Virus record (IMG/VR): IMGVR_UViG_3300046780_000484
Coordinates: 1-64,000 of that record
DNA: 64,000 nucleotides
Reading direction: 5' to 3' (one strand)
DNA from: a virus
The position numbers and the translations under genes were made by a program. Below the pieces are notes generated by a model. It was given only the letters and a program-made list of their open reading frames with translations, made no database searches and had not been told where the DNA came from. This document shows positions 37,673 through 47,056 of this stretch, in pieces (positions within the stretch are counted from its first letter, which is position 1; every line of letters begins with the position of its first letter).

Positions 37673-38464
37673 GTGAAAGAAATCCCCTTGCGTGGTCGCC
37701 ACGGGCAAGGTCGCGTCATGCTTGTGGATGACGAAGACTACGAGCTAATGTCCCGCATTAAATGGCACGCCATCGTCGATAACAACGGCTGCCTGAGCGT
37801 TCAGGCACGGATCTCTGCCCACAACTTCCTTACCGGCTACGCGCTGACCGATCACGCCAACGGGAACCCTCTGGACAACACCCGAGGGAACCTGCGCGAT
37901 GCCACATCCAGGCAGAACAGCTGGAACAGGCGACTCAGGAGCGACTCCCGAACTGGCTATAAAGGCGTCAACTCAAGGCGGGGCGGGCGAGGGTACGTCG
38001 CACGGATCCTCGTAGACGGGAAGCGTAAAACGCTGGGATGGTTTCACGATCCGATCAACGCCGCGAAGGCGTACGACGCGGCAGCCCGTGAAGCCTTCGG
38101 GGAGTTCGCCCGGCTTAATTTCCCGGATAGCGAAGACCTTCCGGACGCCCGGGAGTCTCGGGTTTCTCGTACGCAGCGCCGCGTCCGGGAGACGATTTCC
38201 GGAATGGAGGATCAGCCCAGCGGAAAGCAGTCCAAGTACTCGGAGGCCAGCTGGAACCGGCCCTACCGCGGGGGAACGCGGGCAGGCTTCAAGGGGGTCA
38301 ACTGGTCAGGCAGGAGATGGCAGGCTCGCATCATGAAAGACGGGAAGCGGCACTTCCTCGGCACCTACGACACCGCCGAGGAGGCGGCCCGAGCGTATGA
38401 CGCCGCCGCTTGCACCCTGTTCGGGGGTCATGCGCGGTTGAACTTCCCAGGGGAGGCGGCGTGA
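37673..38464 (+). CDS. HNH-AP2 homing endonuclease (two AP2 domains)
   Basis: LVDDEDY, DHANGNPLDNTRGNLR, and two GYKGV...ARI..G.R..LG.F....AA.AYD.AA...FG..ARLNFP domains. Confidence 0.92.
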   Translation: MKEIPLRGRHGQGRVMLVDDEDYELMSRIKWHAIVDNNGCLSVQARISAHNFLTGYALTDHANGNPLDNTRGNLRDATSRQNSWNRRLRSDSRTGYKGVNSRRGGRGYVARILVDGKRKTLGWFHDPINAAKAYDAAAREAFGEFARLNFPDSEDLPDARESRVSRTQRRVRETISGMEDQPSGKQSKYSEASWNRPYRGGTRAGFKGVNWSGRRWQARIMKDGKRHFLGTYDTAEEAARAYDAAACTLFGGHARLNFPGEAA

Positions 38465-38478
38465 TCGAGCTAGCCCGC

Positions 38479-39098
38479 TTAGTCGCTGCCGCCCTTGACC
38501 TTCGCCAGCGTCTCGACTGCTTCCGCCTTGGCGGCCTTGATCACCGGCAGCCAGAACAGTTCCTGCCGCCTGAGCCGGCGGACGACCTCCGGAGGCCAGC
38601 CCCGCTCGTCGGCCCACCGGTCATACATCAGCATCTCCGGAGGGAAATCCTCAGGGAGCTGGAAAGCGGCAGGCTGATCGGGCCGGAGGTTCCGGTCGAT
38701 GAAGAACTGCGCTAGCCGTCCTGCGAGCTTTTTGGGTCCTGCGACTCCAGGGCGTCGAGTTCCCTCAGCAGCGCCTTGGCCTTACCCAGCAGGGCCGCGT
38801 AGTCCCTGACCTTCATCACCCGAGAGATCGCCACGTCAGCCGCCGCCACGCCGTTCTGGCTGGGAATCGGCGCCGGGTACGACCAGGCCGTGATGATGCG
38901 CCCCAGGAGGGCATTCGCCTGGTCGTCCTCCATCTCCTTCGGGGAGTACTCCGTTTCCCCGCCGGGGCCTGACTTGATCTTCACGGCCCGGCGGACGATG
39001 AGCAGGTCTTCGCCCATGAGGTCGTCCAGGTCGGTCAGGTCAACCCAGTTGCTGCTGGTGCCATCGGCTTGCTTCGAGGGCAACTCGAAACGCGGCAT
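38479..39098 (-). CDS. Tail assembly chaperone gpG (38712-39098) and -1 frameshift product gpGT (to 38479)
   Basis: Follows the tail tube gene; C CCA AAA slippery site at 38736-38730; the -1 frame is open to TAA at 38479 (…RGWPPEVVRRL…WLPVI). Confidence 0.85.
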
Positions 39099-39115
39099 TC
39101 GCGCCTGCTTTCCTG

Positions 39116-40504
39116 CTAGATCTCCGAGAGGTGCCGCGCCGACTGGTACATGTCGAAATCGGACACCAGGGCGTATACGGCTGTATTGTTGACAAGAGTG
39201 AGCGTTCCGGGACCAAGGCCCCCAGACCCACCCACATCGGTCGAATTCGCCACTGCCTCATATTGATTCCCGAAGCCAATGAGGCTCTTGTTGCGCATGA
39301 TCTTCGACTTGGTGAAGGCCGCCTGAGTCATGGTGAACGTCAGCGTGAACGGTGTGCCGGCGTTCGCGATACCCGCGTTCGTCGTGGTGATCGACAGCGG
39401 GGCCTGGCTGTTCAGCAGCATCAGGTCCAGCGGCATTTCCGAGTTGGTCGGGTCGAAGTCGACCTGGCCGTCGGCGGTGAGCGGCCCGCGTCCGATGATG
39501 TAGGGGGTCTGGGTGCCGGCGACGATCCAGTAAACCTGCGTCTGCCGCTTAAAGCTCACTGAAAAGTTCCCGACCCCGGCATAGGTGTTGCTGCTCGAGA
39601 TGGTGTTGCCGCCGATGACGACCGTGGAGTTCCAGTTCGGGATCGGCCTGCTGTTCGTGGTCACGTTCGTGACGGCAGTGCCGGCGATGACGGAGAGCCA
39701 CGAGTCGCCGGAGCACTTCACGCCGAGGAGCTGCTCGGCGTTGCCGCTGAAGTCGAGGCTCTTGATCACGCTGCTCGGATATAGCCGGGCACCGAACGTG
39801 GATGTCGGAACCGTCCCGTACGTGGCGCTGGTGAACGTGTTGACCAGGTTCGTGGTGTCGCAGAACGTATGGGTAGGCGGCTGCGCCCCGTACGCCCCGC
39901 CGTAGCCGAGCGGCGAGTTGAGGGCCGCGAGCTTGTGGGTGTACGGCGTGCCGCACGTCTGGACCGTGGTGGCGGTCGGGTGGGTGAAGCGCAGCGGATA
40001 GGCGGCACCTGCGGCGCTGCTGGCGAAGGTCACCACGCTGGACGCCGTGGTCGTGCCGACGATAACCACCTCGGCGACCGAGCCGGTGCCGATCTGGATG
40101 CTCGCCCCGGCCGTGTAGGAGGCCGGGGGCACGGCGGACAGGGTGCAGGAGGTGGCGCCGACGGCCAGCGCGCCGGACACGGTAGAAGGGTTCGCCAGCG
40201 ACGAGCCGGTCGTGCTCAGGTCCCCGAACACGTTGTCAAACCAGTACCCCATCGAGTCCAGGAAGTTCGGGGCACCGAAGGAGAACGTTGCCTGCTCGAC
40301 GCCGAGCGTCTTGTAGAACAGGTCCGTCATCGACCCGCGGATGGCCTTGTCGTCGAGGAAGTGAGGCATGTCCTCCGGCGAGTAGTCCGCCTGGTCCAGC
40401 GGCTGGGTGACCACGGGCACGAGGGGCGTGCCTGCGGTCAGCTCGCGCGCCATTCCGAGCCACGACAGCACACCGGGATAGACGTTGGGCGTTCCAAGCG
40501 CCAT
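39116..40504 (-). CDS. Major tail (tube) protein
   Basis: WLGMARELTAGTP N-terminus, T/S/G-rich beta protein, position before the chaperones; RBS AAGGAGG. Confidence 0.85.
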   Translation of the reverse strand: MALGTPNVYPGVLSWLGMARELTAGTPLVPVVTQPLDQADYSPEDMPHFLDDKAIRGSMTDLFYKTLGVEQATFSFGAPNFLDSMGYWFDNVFGDLSTTGSSLANPSTVSGALAVGATSCTLSAVPPASYTAGASIQIGTGSVAEVVIVGTTTASSVVTFASSAAGAAYPLRFTHPTATTVQTCGTPYTHKLAALNSPLGYGGAYGAQPPTHTFCDTTNLVNTFTSATYGTVPTSTFGARLYPSSVIKSLDFSGNAEQLLGVKCSGDSWLSVIAGTAVTNVTTNSRPIPNWNSTVVIGGNTISSSNTYAGVGNFSVSFKRQTQVYWIVAGTQTPYIIGRGPLTADGQVDFDPTNSEMPLDLMLLNSQAPLSITTTNAGIANAGTPFTLTFTMTQAAFTKSKIMRNKSLIGFGNQYEAVANSTDVGGSGGLGPGTLTLVNNTAVYALVSDFDMYQSARHLSEI

Positions 40505-40594
40505 GGTCAGGCCTCCTTTTCGAACAAGATTACGAGCGAGACCTGAATGGCCACACGCCTCCCACTAGTCCGGAGATGGAACGGGTCTGGTAAG

Positions 40595-40879
40595 TCAGAA
40601 CTGCTGAGGGTCGTCCGTCTCCGGGTCCTCGTCGTGCGCCGGCTCCCCGGCTTCCTGCTCGCCGGGCACGGGTGCGCCGTCCCCCTCGGCCGGCGCACCC
40701 TCGCTGCCTGGCGTGACCGGCGTGAACCACGGCTCCGGGACGTCAGGGACGGCCCGTCCCGACGCGGGGGCGACGTCGTAGGTTCCCCCTGGTTCGGCGC
40801 GCAGGGTCTTCCCGGTGCCGAGGTCCAGGTAGTCGGTGAAGGTCAGGGCCTCGTGGCCGTTGTATGCGGCGAGGGTCAC
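40595..40879 (-). CDS. Small virion-associated protein (paralogue of 46437-46703)
   Basis: YNGHEALTFTDYLDL..GKTL.AEPG.TYDV.PASG. Confidence 0.6.
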   Translation of the reverse strand: MTLAAYNGHEALTFTDYLDLGTGKTLRAEPGGTYDVAPASGRAVPDVPEPWFTPVTPGSEGAPAEGDGAPVPGEQEAGEPAHDEDPETDDPQQF

Positions 40880-40912
40880 GGGAGCCTCCAGGTCGGGGGA
40901 GAATGGACGTCC

Positions 40913-41050
40913 ATGAGCAGCGACGGGAGACAGCCGGAACGCGGGTGCTGGGGCTTCGAGATCGGGAGCACCGCGAACGGCGTGTGCAACCTGATCTGGC
41001 TGGCGGTCCTCGCCGGCGCGGCGATCTACGCGATCGTCAGCCTCGCCTGA
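40913..41050 (+). CDS. Small membrane protein (moron)
   Basis: C-terminal TM LIWLAVLAGAAIYAIVSLA. Confidence 0.5.
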   Translation: MSSDGRQPERGCWGFEIGSTANGVCNLIWLAVLAGAAIYAIVSLA

Positions 41051-41054
41051 AGCG

Positions 41055-41570
41055 TCAGGCCCTGATGAGTTCCCAGCACGTGACCTGCAGCAATGAGTCG
41101 TACCGGAGCCACCGTTCGTCCGCCGTCGCCTCGATGCCAACGCGGTATTTCATGGCCTCGCCGACGTTGTAGACGGTGCTCGTCAGGCCCGTGGCGGGGT
41201 CGGTCAGTTCCGCCGGGTTCGGCTGGGAGTACCGCAGCGCCATCATCACCGTGTCGACGATGCCGGGGAACACGGGGTCGGCCTGGCGTCCCTGGTTGGC
41301 GGAGAACCACGTGATGTAGACGTCCATCTGGTGGAGCAGGCCCTTGGTGCCGGACGAGGTTCCGGGGCCGGTGTTGCGGGGGATGGTGCCGCCGAGCTCG
41401 GTGGACCGGTTCTCCTGGCCGTCGCTGGGCCAGATGTAGATCGCGGGGACCTTGGCCTTGACGCGGGGGTCCGGGGGGGTGATGAACGCCTCGGCCGCCG
41501 GAACGTTGTACGGCATCTCGAGGCCGTTCAGGATCGAGAGCAGAAAAGATTGGGTGACGACGAGACCCAC
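41055..41570 (-). CDS. Tail terminator/completion-like protein
   Basis: PAIYIW, MDVYITW; position upstream of the tail tube gene. Confidence 0.65.
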   Translation of the reverse strand: MGLVVTQSFLLSILNGLEMPYNVPAAEAFITPPDPRVKAKVPAIYIWPSDGQENRSTELGGTIPRNTGPGTSSGTKGLLHQMDVYITWFSANQGRQADPVFPGIVDTVMMALRYSQPNPAELTDPATGLTSTVYNVGEAMKYRVGIEATADERWLRYDSLLQVTCWELIRA

Positions 41571-41588
41571 CGGGGCGCCCCCCTGTCG

Positions 41589-41819
41589 TCAGTCCGTGAG
41601 CTCGACTGCGGCGGCGTTCCTCTTGCCCTTCCGCAGGATCAGGTACTTCCCGTGCAGCAGGTCCGAGCCGAAGACCAGCTCGTCCGGCGGGGTGACCTTC
41701 CGGTTGTTCAGGTAGGCCCCGCCTGCCCTGATGACCCGGTACGCCTCGCCGCGGGAGGAGGTGAGCCCGGTCATCTGGAGGAGCCGGGAGACGGTCATGG
41801 GCTCGTCCTGGCCGTCCAC
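41589..41819 (-). CDS. Stand-alone S4 RNA-binding domain resembling the TyrRS C-terminus
   Basis: LL..TGL.SSRGEA.R.I..GGAYLNN.KV.......DLLHGKYLILRKGKRN.A.V. Confidence 0.85.
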   Translation of the reverse strand: MDGQDEPMTVSRLLQMTGLTSSRGEAYRVIRAGGAYLNNRKVTPPDELVFGSDLLHGKYLILRKGKRNAAAVELTD

Positions 41820-41823
41820 CGGG

Positions 41824-41994
41824 TCAGGCCCTGCGCGCGGTCCCGAGCGCGAACCGGTAGGCGTGGGACCGCTGCTTGCACCTCGCCGAGCAGAACCGGT
41901 GAGTCCCGGTCTTAGGGGTGAACGTGACCCGGCAGCCAGGGTGCGCGCAGGCGACGGGTTCCCTGGCGGGTGCCTGCGGGGCGGTCCGGGTCAT
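41824..41994 (-). CDS. Small Zn-finger protein (CGNR-like)
   Basis: CAHPGC...F.......RFCSARCK.R....R. Confidence 0.65.
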   Translation of the reverse strand: MTRTAPQAPAREPVACAHPGCRVTFTPKTGTHRFCSARCKQRSHAYRFALGTARRA

Positions 41995-42554
41995 CAGCCC
42001 CCCTTGACGGTCTTCAGCGCCTTCTGGGGCTTGAACGACCTCAGTTTCTTCGGCCTGGTCTGCGACTTGAACCCGCTGGGGAGCGTGTACTGGCCGGGTG
42101 ACCGTGCCGTGGTGACCGACGCGGCGGTCCTGGTGGCGACCCGGCAGTAGAACCGCTGCGCCTTCGCGTGGGACCGGGTGGTCTTCTGCGAGGCGCGTCT
42201 CGCCGCGGCGGCTTTCCGCGCGGCCCTGACCTTGGCGTAGGCGACCGCCGTGGCGTGGGCGCGGGCGCGCTTGCTGGCGATCCGGTGGTGCCGGTTCCGG
42301 GCTTTCAGCTGGGCGGCGGACAGTTTCCGTTTCGTCGTCTTCGCCGGCGCCTTGGAGGACTTCGCTGCCTTGGGCCGGGTCTTGCTCATGGCCCGCGCCT
42401 GCCTGTGCGCGTTGGCGGCTGAGGTGGCCTTGCGGGTGACGTTGGTGGTGGACTGGCGGGCGGCGTTGTGGGCGGCCTTGCGGACCGTGTGGCTGGTCTT
42501 GGCGCGGCGGGTGGCGTGGGCCTGGCGGCGGGTGGTGTGCTTCCCGCACGACAT
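41994..42554 (-). CDS. Highly basic histone-H1-like protein
   Basis: 186 aa dominated by K, R, A, T and H, with no Asp or Glu in the translation; RBS GGGAGG. Confidence 0.75.
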   Translation of the reverse strand: MSCGKHTTRRQAHATRRAKTSHTVRKAAHNAARQSTTNVTRKATSAANAHRQARAMSKTRPKAAKSSKAPAKTTKRKLSAAQLKARNRHHRIASKRARAHATAVAYAKVRAARKAAAARRASQKTTRSHAKAQRFYCRVATRTAASVTTARSPGQYTLPSGFKSQTRPKKLRSFKPQKALKTVKGG

Positions 42555-42577
42555 TGCGCGCCTCCCGTTTCCGCAGG

Positions 42578-43575
42578 TCAGACGGTACGGCGGAAAGCAT
42601 GCAAAAGAAGCTCACCCTCAGCGATCAGGTCCTCTGCGCCCTTGTCGCTGGACTGCGCCGCGCCGCCTACCGCGTGGATTGTCGTGGACGTCGCGCCCCG
42701 CGTGAGGGCCTCGGCGGTGCAGAAGTAGATGCACGCCTGCTGCACCGAGGACGGCATCGTCGTGACCACCGTCCCCGCCTGATGCGGGTAGGTGATCGCC
42801 TGCGAAAGGGTGAGGTTCCCCGGCCCGGAAGCAGCCGAGGTGGCGGTGACGTGGATGGATTCCTGCTGGCCGCCGTCCTGGATCACCCCGGTAGCCCCGG
42901 TGACCGTGCCGTAGTAGTTCGTGATCCCCCACCCGGTGCAGTCGTTCACCGGCAGCGACGTCGCTCCCGCCGCGACAGCGGAGGTGAGGGAGCAGTGCGG
43001 GTACCCGTTGATGTAGGTGACCTCGGCCGCCCACCCGTTCCGGCCGAGGGACCAGTTGATGTACCCGCCGCCCACGAGGATCGCCTGGCCGCCCTCGGCC
43101 GACCCGCCCGAGGAGACCGTGTTGAGCAGGCTAAGGGGGGGCACTTCGGGCTCGAAGAACCCGGACGGCAAGGACGTCCACGTGCGGGGCCACATCCCGT
43201 TCGGGCAGGTCTTCACCCCGGTCACCTGGAGTACCGGCCACCTGGACAGGATGATGCGGGCGTTCTGCGCCCCGGTGTTCCCCCAGTACGGCGTCGGCCA
43301 GGACCCGCCCGAGGCGGGGCCGACCGTCACCCGGTAGTCGGGGCCGTGGACCAGTTCGACGTCGATCGTGGCGCGGAGAGTCTGGGCGACGTAGCCGTCC
43401 GTACGGGCCGTGGCCCTTGCTGCCATGCTCCAGATTTCAGCCATATTCTGCGCTGGTGTCGGATCTGCGGTGGGTTCGCCTATCGTGCTCCAGTCGATGC
43501 TAAACCGGTCGGGGCCGTAATCAAGGTGGTCGGACTGATGTATGGAGCCAGACCAAGAGGAAGCGGCGTCGACAC
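42578..43575 (-). CDS. Head-to-tail adaptor-like protein, reading frame broken at a TTA codon (43501-43503)
   Basis: GTG 43575 with RBS GAGGTG gives STPLPLGLAPYISPTTLITAPTG, which continues as IDWSTI...RATARTDGY...VTY..GY...MP..VQQAC...LL..FRR in another frame. Confidence 0.75.
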
Positions 43576-43592
43576 AAGGCATCACCTCGCCT

Positions 43593-43787
43593 TCATGCAG
43601 GTGATGCCTTGCGGCTGGGTTTACGAGCACACTTGGAGCAGATCCACTCGCCGTCGACCATGCTGATGTGCCGGTCGCAGCACCCTTCAAGGCAGACGGA
43701 GCACTGGGCGACCGGGGCGGACACGCGGGCGGCACGGCCGCGCTTGGGTCCCCCGCAGCGGGGGCAGAGTCCGGCCGCCCTGCTCAC
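43593..43787 (-). CDS. Small Cys-rich Zn-finger protein
   Basis: CPRCG, CSVC...CC..H, CSKC; RBS GGGAG. Confidence 0.55.
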   Translation of the reverse strand: MSRAAGLCPRCGGPKRGRAARVSAPVAQCSVCLEGCCDRHISMVDGEWICSKCARKPSRKASPA

Positions 43788-43794
43788 ATACTCC

Positions 43795-44451
43795 CTACGC
43801 GGCCTGGAGGCGCTGGATGAGCACGTCCTTGCTGCCCCTGTCGGGGAGCTTCGCCTCGCGGCACATCTTCCGCAGCGTCTGCGGGTGCAGGCGGCCCAGG
43901 TCCACGGCGGGCCCGGCGGCAGGCGCTTCGACGGCTGCGCGGGCGGCCATGGTGACGCCGCACTGCGGGCAGAACGCGCTCCCGGAAGGGACATCGTGGC
44001 TGTTGGCGCACACCACGGTCCCCTGCAGCACGCCCGCGGGAAGTTCCCGCTCGAGCAGCCACAGCGCCTCGGGCGGCACCTCGATGCCGGTGGAGCGGAG
44101 GGCGGCGAGGGCCTGGAGCATCTCGATCTGCATCCGGCCCCGCTCGGACCGGACGGCGTTCGTGCGCGTCTCGTCCGGGGTGAGGGGCACCGTGTCCGGG
44201 GTGCTCGACCACATGGGGTCGGCGTCCGCGATGCGCTCCTGGTGGGTCACCTGGCCGGTCTTCGGGTTGGTCTGGTACCTGAGGATCTTCGGCTTCCGGT
44301 CGCCCCGGAGGTAAGCCTCGCAGGGCGGGCAGTCGATCTTGAAGATCTTCGCCGGGACGCCTCGGGTCACCTCGCGCTGATGCGAAGCTCCGCAGCCGTC
44401 CGGCTGGGGTATTGCGATCGAGCACACGTCCGATCGCGAATAGAGGGTCAT
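43795..44451 (-). CDS. Protein with Zn ribbon and C-terminal SAP/HeH-like domain
   Basis: C...H......FCPQCG; LRKMCREAKL...GSKDVLIQRL. Confidence 0.7.
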   Translation of the reverse strand: MTLYSRSDVCSIAIPQPDGCGASHQREVTRGVPAKIFKIDCPPCEAYLRGDRKPKILRYQTNPKTGQVTHQERIADADPMWSSTPDTVPLTPDETRTNAVRSERGRMQIEMLQALAALRSTGIEVPPEALWLLERELPAGVLQGTVVCANSHDVPSGSAFCPQCGVTMAARAAVEAPAAGPAVDLGRLHPQTLRKMCREAKLPDRGSKDVLIQRLQAA

Positions 44452-44478
44452 GGGTTTCCTTCCTGGGATGATGCTCGG

Positions 44479-44829
44479 ATGAGCGAGCCTGATGAGGTCA
44501 CCGCGCTAAGCGGCGAGATCGTGAAGCGCCCGGCCGAGGTGGCCACCACCCCGTCAGCGGCGGACACGCGGTACGAGGACGATGAGGTCGTGACCCGCGT
44601 GTTCGTCCGGGTCGAGTACGCCGGCGGCCGGATCCGCGAGTACCAGGCGCAGGAGCCGCAGGACTTCAAGATCAACAACCCGGAGTCCGCGCCGTCGATG
44701 GTGTTCAGCCGGGCAATGTCTGCGACGCGGGAGGTCCGGCTGAGCTTCAGGCCCAACCCGAGGTGGAACCTGCACATCCGCACCGAGGCGACGGCACCGG
44801 AAGACTTCCCCGGCATCACCTACGGCTGA
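44479..44829 (+). CDS. Hypothetical protein (moron, opposite strand)
   Basis: GC3-rich frame filling the gap between late genes. Confidence 0.55.
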   Translation: MSEPDEVTALSGEIVKRPAEVATTPSAADTRYEDDEVVTRVFVRVEYAGGRIREYQAQEPQDFKINNPESAPSMVFSRAMSATREVRLSFRPNPRWNLHIRTEATAPEDFPGITYG

Positions 44830-44866
44830 TACGGCCATTCGGGCAGAGCCCTGGACGGTCTCCGCG

Positions 44867-46435
44867 TTACGGCAGGTTGATCCCCGCGAGCATGAACGTC
44901 GCTGACGCCGCCGAGGAGCTGATCGACGACTTGATAGCGAACGTGACCTGCCTGACGATCCGCCCGTCCCCGCCGGACAGCAGCTGGCATGTCGCGTTGA
45001 CCGACAGGCTGTTCGTCCCGTTGCTGCTGGCGGTGGTCAGCGTCTGCGTGTTCGTTGTGTTATCCGAATACGTGGTCACGCTCTGCACGGTGACCGTCTC
45101 GGTGGCCAGCCCGGAGGTCGTCCACTCCACCAGCAGCGGCGCGAAACCGGTGAACCCCGCCTCCGCCGCCAGGGTGACCACGGACCCGTAGGTGCCCAGC
45201 GTCGCCGACGGGGTGGCCGAGGCGGACACCTGCCGGTAGATCGTCAGGATCCCGGTCAGCTGGGACGGCTGGAACGGCGACGAGTACACCGCGGACGCCG
45301 CCCCGGTCCAGTTCGACGCGTGGTTGGCGCCGATGACGGTGACCCCGGTCGTGCCGCCTGTGAACGAGACCAGGGTGTTGCAGTTCTCCACCCGCGGGTT
45401 CAGGAACGTCAGGGACTGCTGGGTGGTGGTGATCAGGTACCCGGTGTCGAACCCCTCATAGGACGGGTTCAGGAACGTGCTGGTGGACGCCTTCGAGTCG
45501 ACCCACAGGCCCGCCGACCCGGCCACGACCGGGCTGTTGCCGTACCCGTAGCAGAACGAGTACGTGGTGTCGGTGACCCACCGGTAGATGTGCAGCGCGT
45601 AGTAAATGTTGCTCGAGGTGACGTTGGAGACGTACCCGTTCCCCGCGAACGTCCCCGCGCCGAGCGCGCCCTCATCGCCGCCGTCGATCAGCAGCCCCTC
45701 GTACAGCAGGGTGAAGTGGATGTCCTCGACGTGGAAGAACAGGCAGTTCAGGATCTTGACGCCGACCTGGGTGCCGAATCCGCCGGTTCCGTTGCCGCCG
45801 GACTGGCCGCTGATCGTGAACCCGGAGAATTTCCCCATCATGTTCGGCGGGTTCGCCCCGCCGGTCAGCGACCCGTTGAAGAAGCACCAGGTGGACACAC
45901 CGCGGTGGTTGAACGTGGTGGCGTTCTTGCCGTCGCCGAAGATCGACACGTTGAGCGGGACGTTGTGGCCGCCTGTGGTCTTGTACGTGCCGGCGGGGAA
46001 GTACACCACGCCGCCCGCCGCCGGCAAGGCGGCGATCGCGGTGGTAATCGCGCTGGTCGAGTCGGCGGTGCCCGTGGGGTCGGCGCCGAACTGGGTGACG
46101 GCGTTCACCCAGTCGACCCCGCGCAGCTGGGTGAGCGCGCCGGCCGTGGCGACCTGGTACACCGTGAACCCCGCTGCATGGGCTACCGGGGTGGTCGATT
46201 CCGCGCCCCGCGTGACCGTCCACGTCGTCCCGGACACGTTCGTGACCGCGATCATCTCGGACGGGGCGGAGGGATCCGCCACGTGGAACTGGCTTACGCC
46301 CGTGACCGCCGCAGGAAACCCTGCCGGTGACACGACCGTCCACGACTCCGAGGTGCCCCCGGCGGGGGCGGTCGTGCCGCCCGAGGAAACGACGGTGGTC
46401 GCCCGGTTGGTGGTGAAAAGCTCGGTGCCGCTCAA
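44867..46435 (-). CDS. Beta-helix tailspike/depolymerase-like protein (Pectate_lyase_3 domain)
   Basis: FGADPTGTADSTSAI..AI.....GGVVYFPAGTY; N-terminal E...VT.VSG..WTVTRG.E.T....H..G domain. Confidence 0.85.
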   Translation of the reverse strand: MSGTELFTTNRATTVVSSGGTTAPAGGTSESWTVVSPAGFPAAVTGVSQFHVADPSAPSEMIAVTNVSGTTWTVTRGAESTTPVAHAAGFTVYQVATAGALTQLRGVDWVNAVTQFGADPTGTADSTSAITTAIAALPAAGGVVYFPAGTYKTTGGHNVPLNVSIFGDGKNATTFNHRGVSTWCFFNGSLTGGANPPNMMGKFSGFTISGQSGGNGTGGFGTQVGVKILNCLFFHVEDIHFTLLYEGLLIDGGDEGALGAGTFAGNGYVSNVTSSNIYYALHIYRWVTDTTYSFCYGYGNSPVVAGSAGLWVDSKASTSTFLNPSYEGFDTGYLITTTQQSLTFLNPRVENCNTLVSFTGGTTGVTVIGANHASNWTGAASAVYSSPFQPSQLTGILTIYRQVSASATPSATLGTYGSVVTLAAEAGFTGFAPLLVEWTTSGLATETVTVQSVTTYSDNTTNTQTLTTASSNGTNSLSVNATCQLLSGGDGRIVRQVTFAIKSSISSSAASATFMLAGINLP

Positions 46436-46436
46436 C

Positions 46437-46703
46437 TCACGTCCCCTCGGCCGTCCACCGGCCGTCAGTGGGGAGCGCGGCCACGTTCACCTGTCCGCTG
46501 GCCGGCATGATGTCGTACTCGGCACCGGGCTGGGCGACGAGCGTGTGCTGCGCCTGCAGGTCCAGGTACTGGGGATAGGTGAGCACCTCGTTGCCCGTGA
46601 AAAGGGCGAACAGGTCCGCGCTGGCGGCAAGGGTGTCCCCGGGCCATGCCGACCCGAGCTGTATGGCACCGGGCACGGCGTAGGACCCCGGGTATGCGCT
46701 CAC
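46437..46703 (-). CDS. Small virion-associated protein
   Basis: FTGNEVLTYPQYLDL....TLVAQPG..YDI.PASG; RBS GGGAGG. Confidence 0.6.
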   Translation of the reverse strand: MSAYPGSYAVPGAIQLGSAWPGDTLAASADLFALFTGNEVLTYPQYLDLQAQHTLVAQPGAEYDIMPASGQVNVAALPTDGRWTAEGT

Positions 46704-46714
46704 AGGCCTCCCTG

Positions 46715-47056
46715 TCAGGGCGTGTAGGGGCCGTCGGGCAGGTCCCTGGGCATCTCCGCCTCGGACGCCGTGTCGTGCCCGCACTTGGGGCAGGTCAGCG
46801 ACCAGCGGTTCCAGACGCGGCGGCAGGGCTTGCACCAGCGGCCGTCGTTCTTGCGGACGGTGAAGAACTTCTCTGGGCCGGCGTCCACGAGTCCGGCGGA
46901 GGCGTAGTCCTGGCCCCGCAGCTTCTGGAGCGCCCTCGCGCCGACAGGATCGGTGTCGTCGATGTTGACGAAGGACCCCGCGCCGCGCTCGGCCATGTAC
47001 TTGCGGTCGCCGTCAGCGAAGCCGGCGCAGCCGGGGGGAAGTTGAACCCTAGGCAT
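46715..47056 (-). CDS. Zn-ribbon protein
   Basis: CKPC.......CPKCG. Confidence 0.65.
   Translation of the reverse strand: MPRVQLPPGCAGFADGDRKYMAERGAGSFVNIDDTDPVGARALQKLRGQDYASAGLVDAGPEKFFTVRKNDGRWCKPCRRVWNRWSLTCPKCGHDTASEAEMPRDLPDGPYTP

Noticed and set aside
43499-43506. The two TTA inserts as miniature group I introns
   Set aside because: Far too short, and frame-restoring excision does not give U|...G| boundaries.
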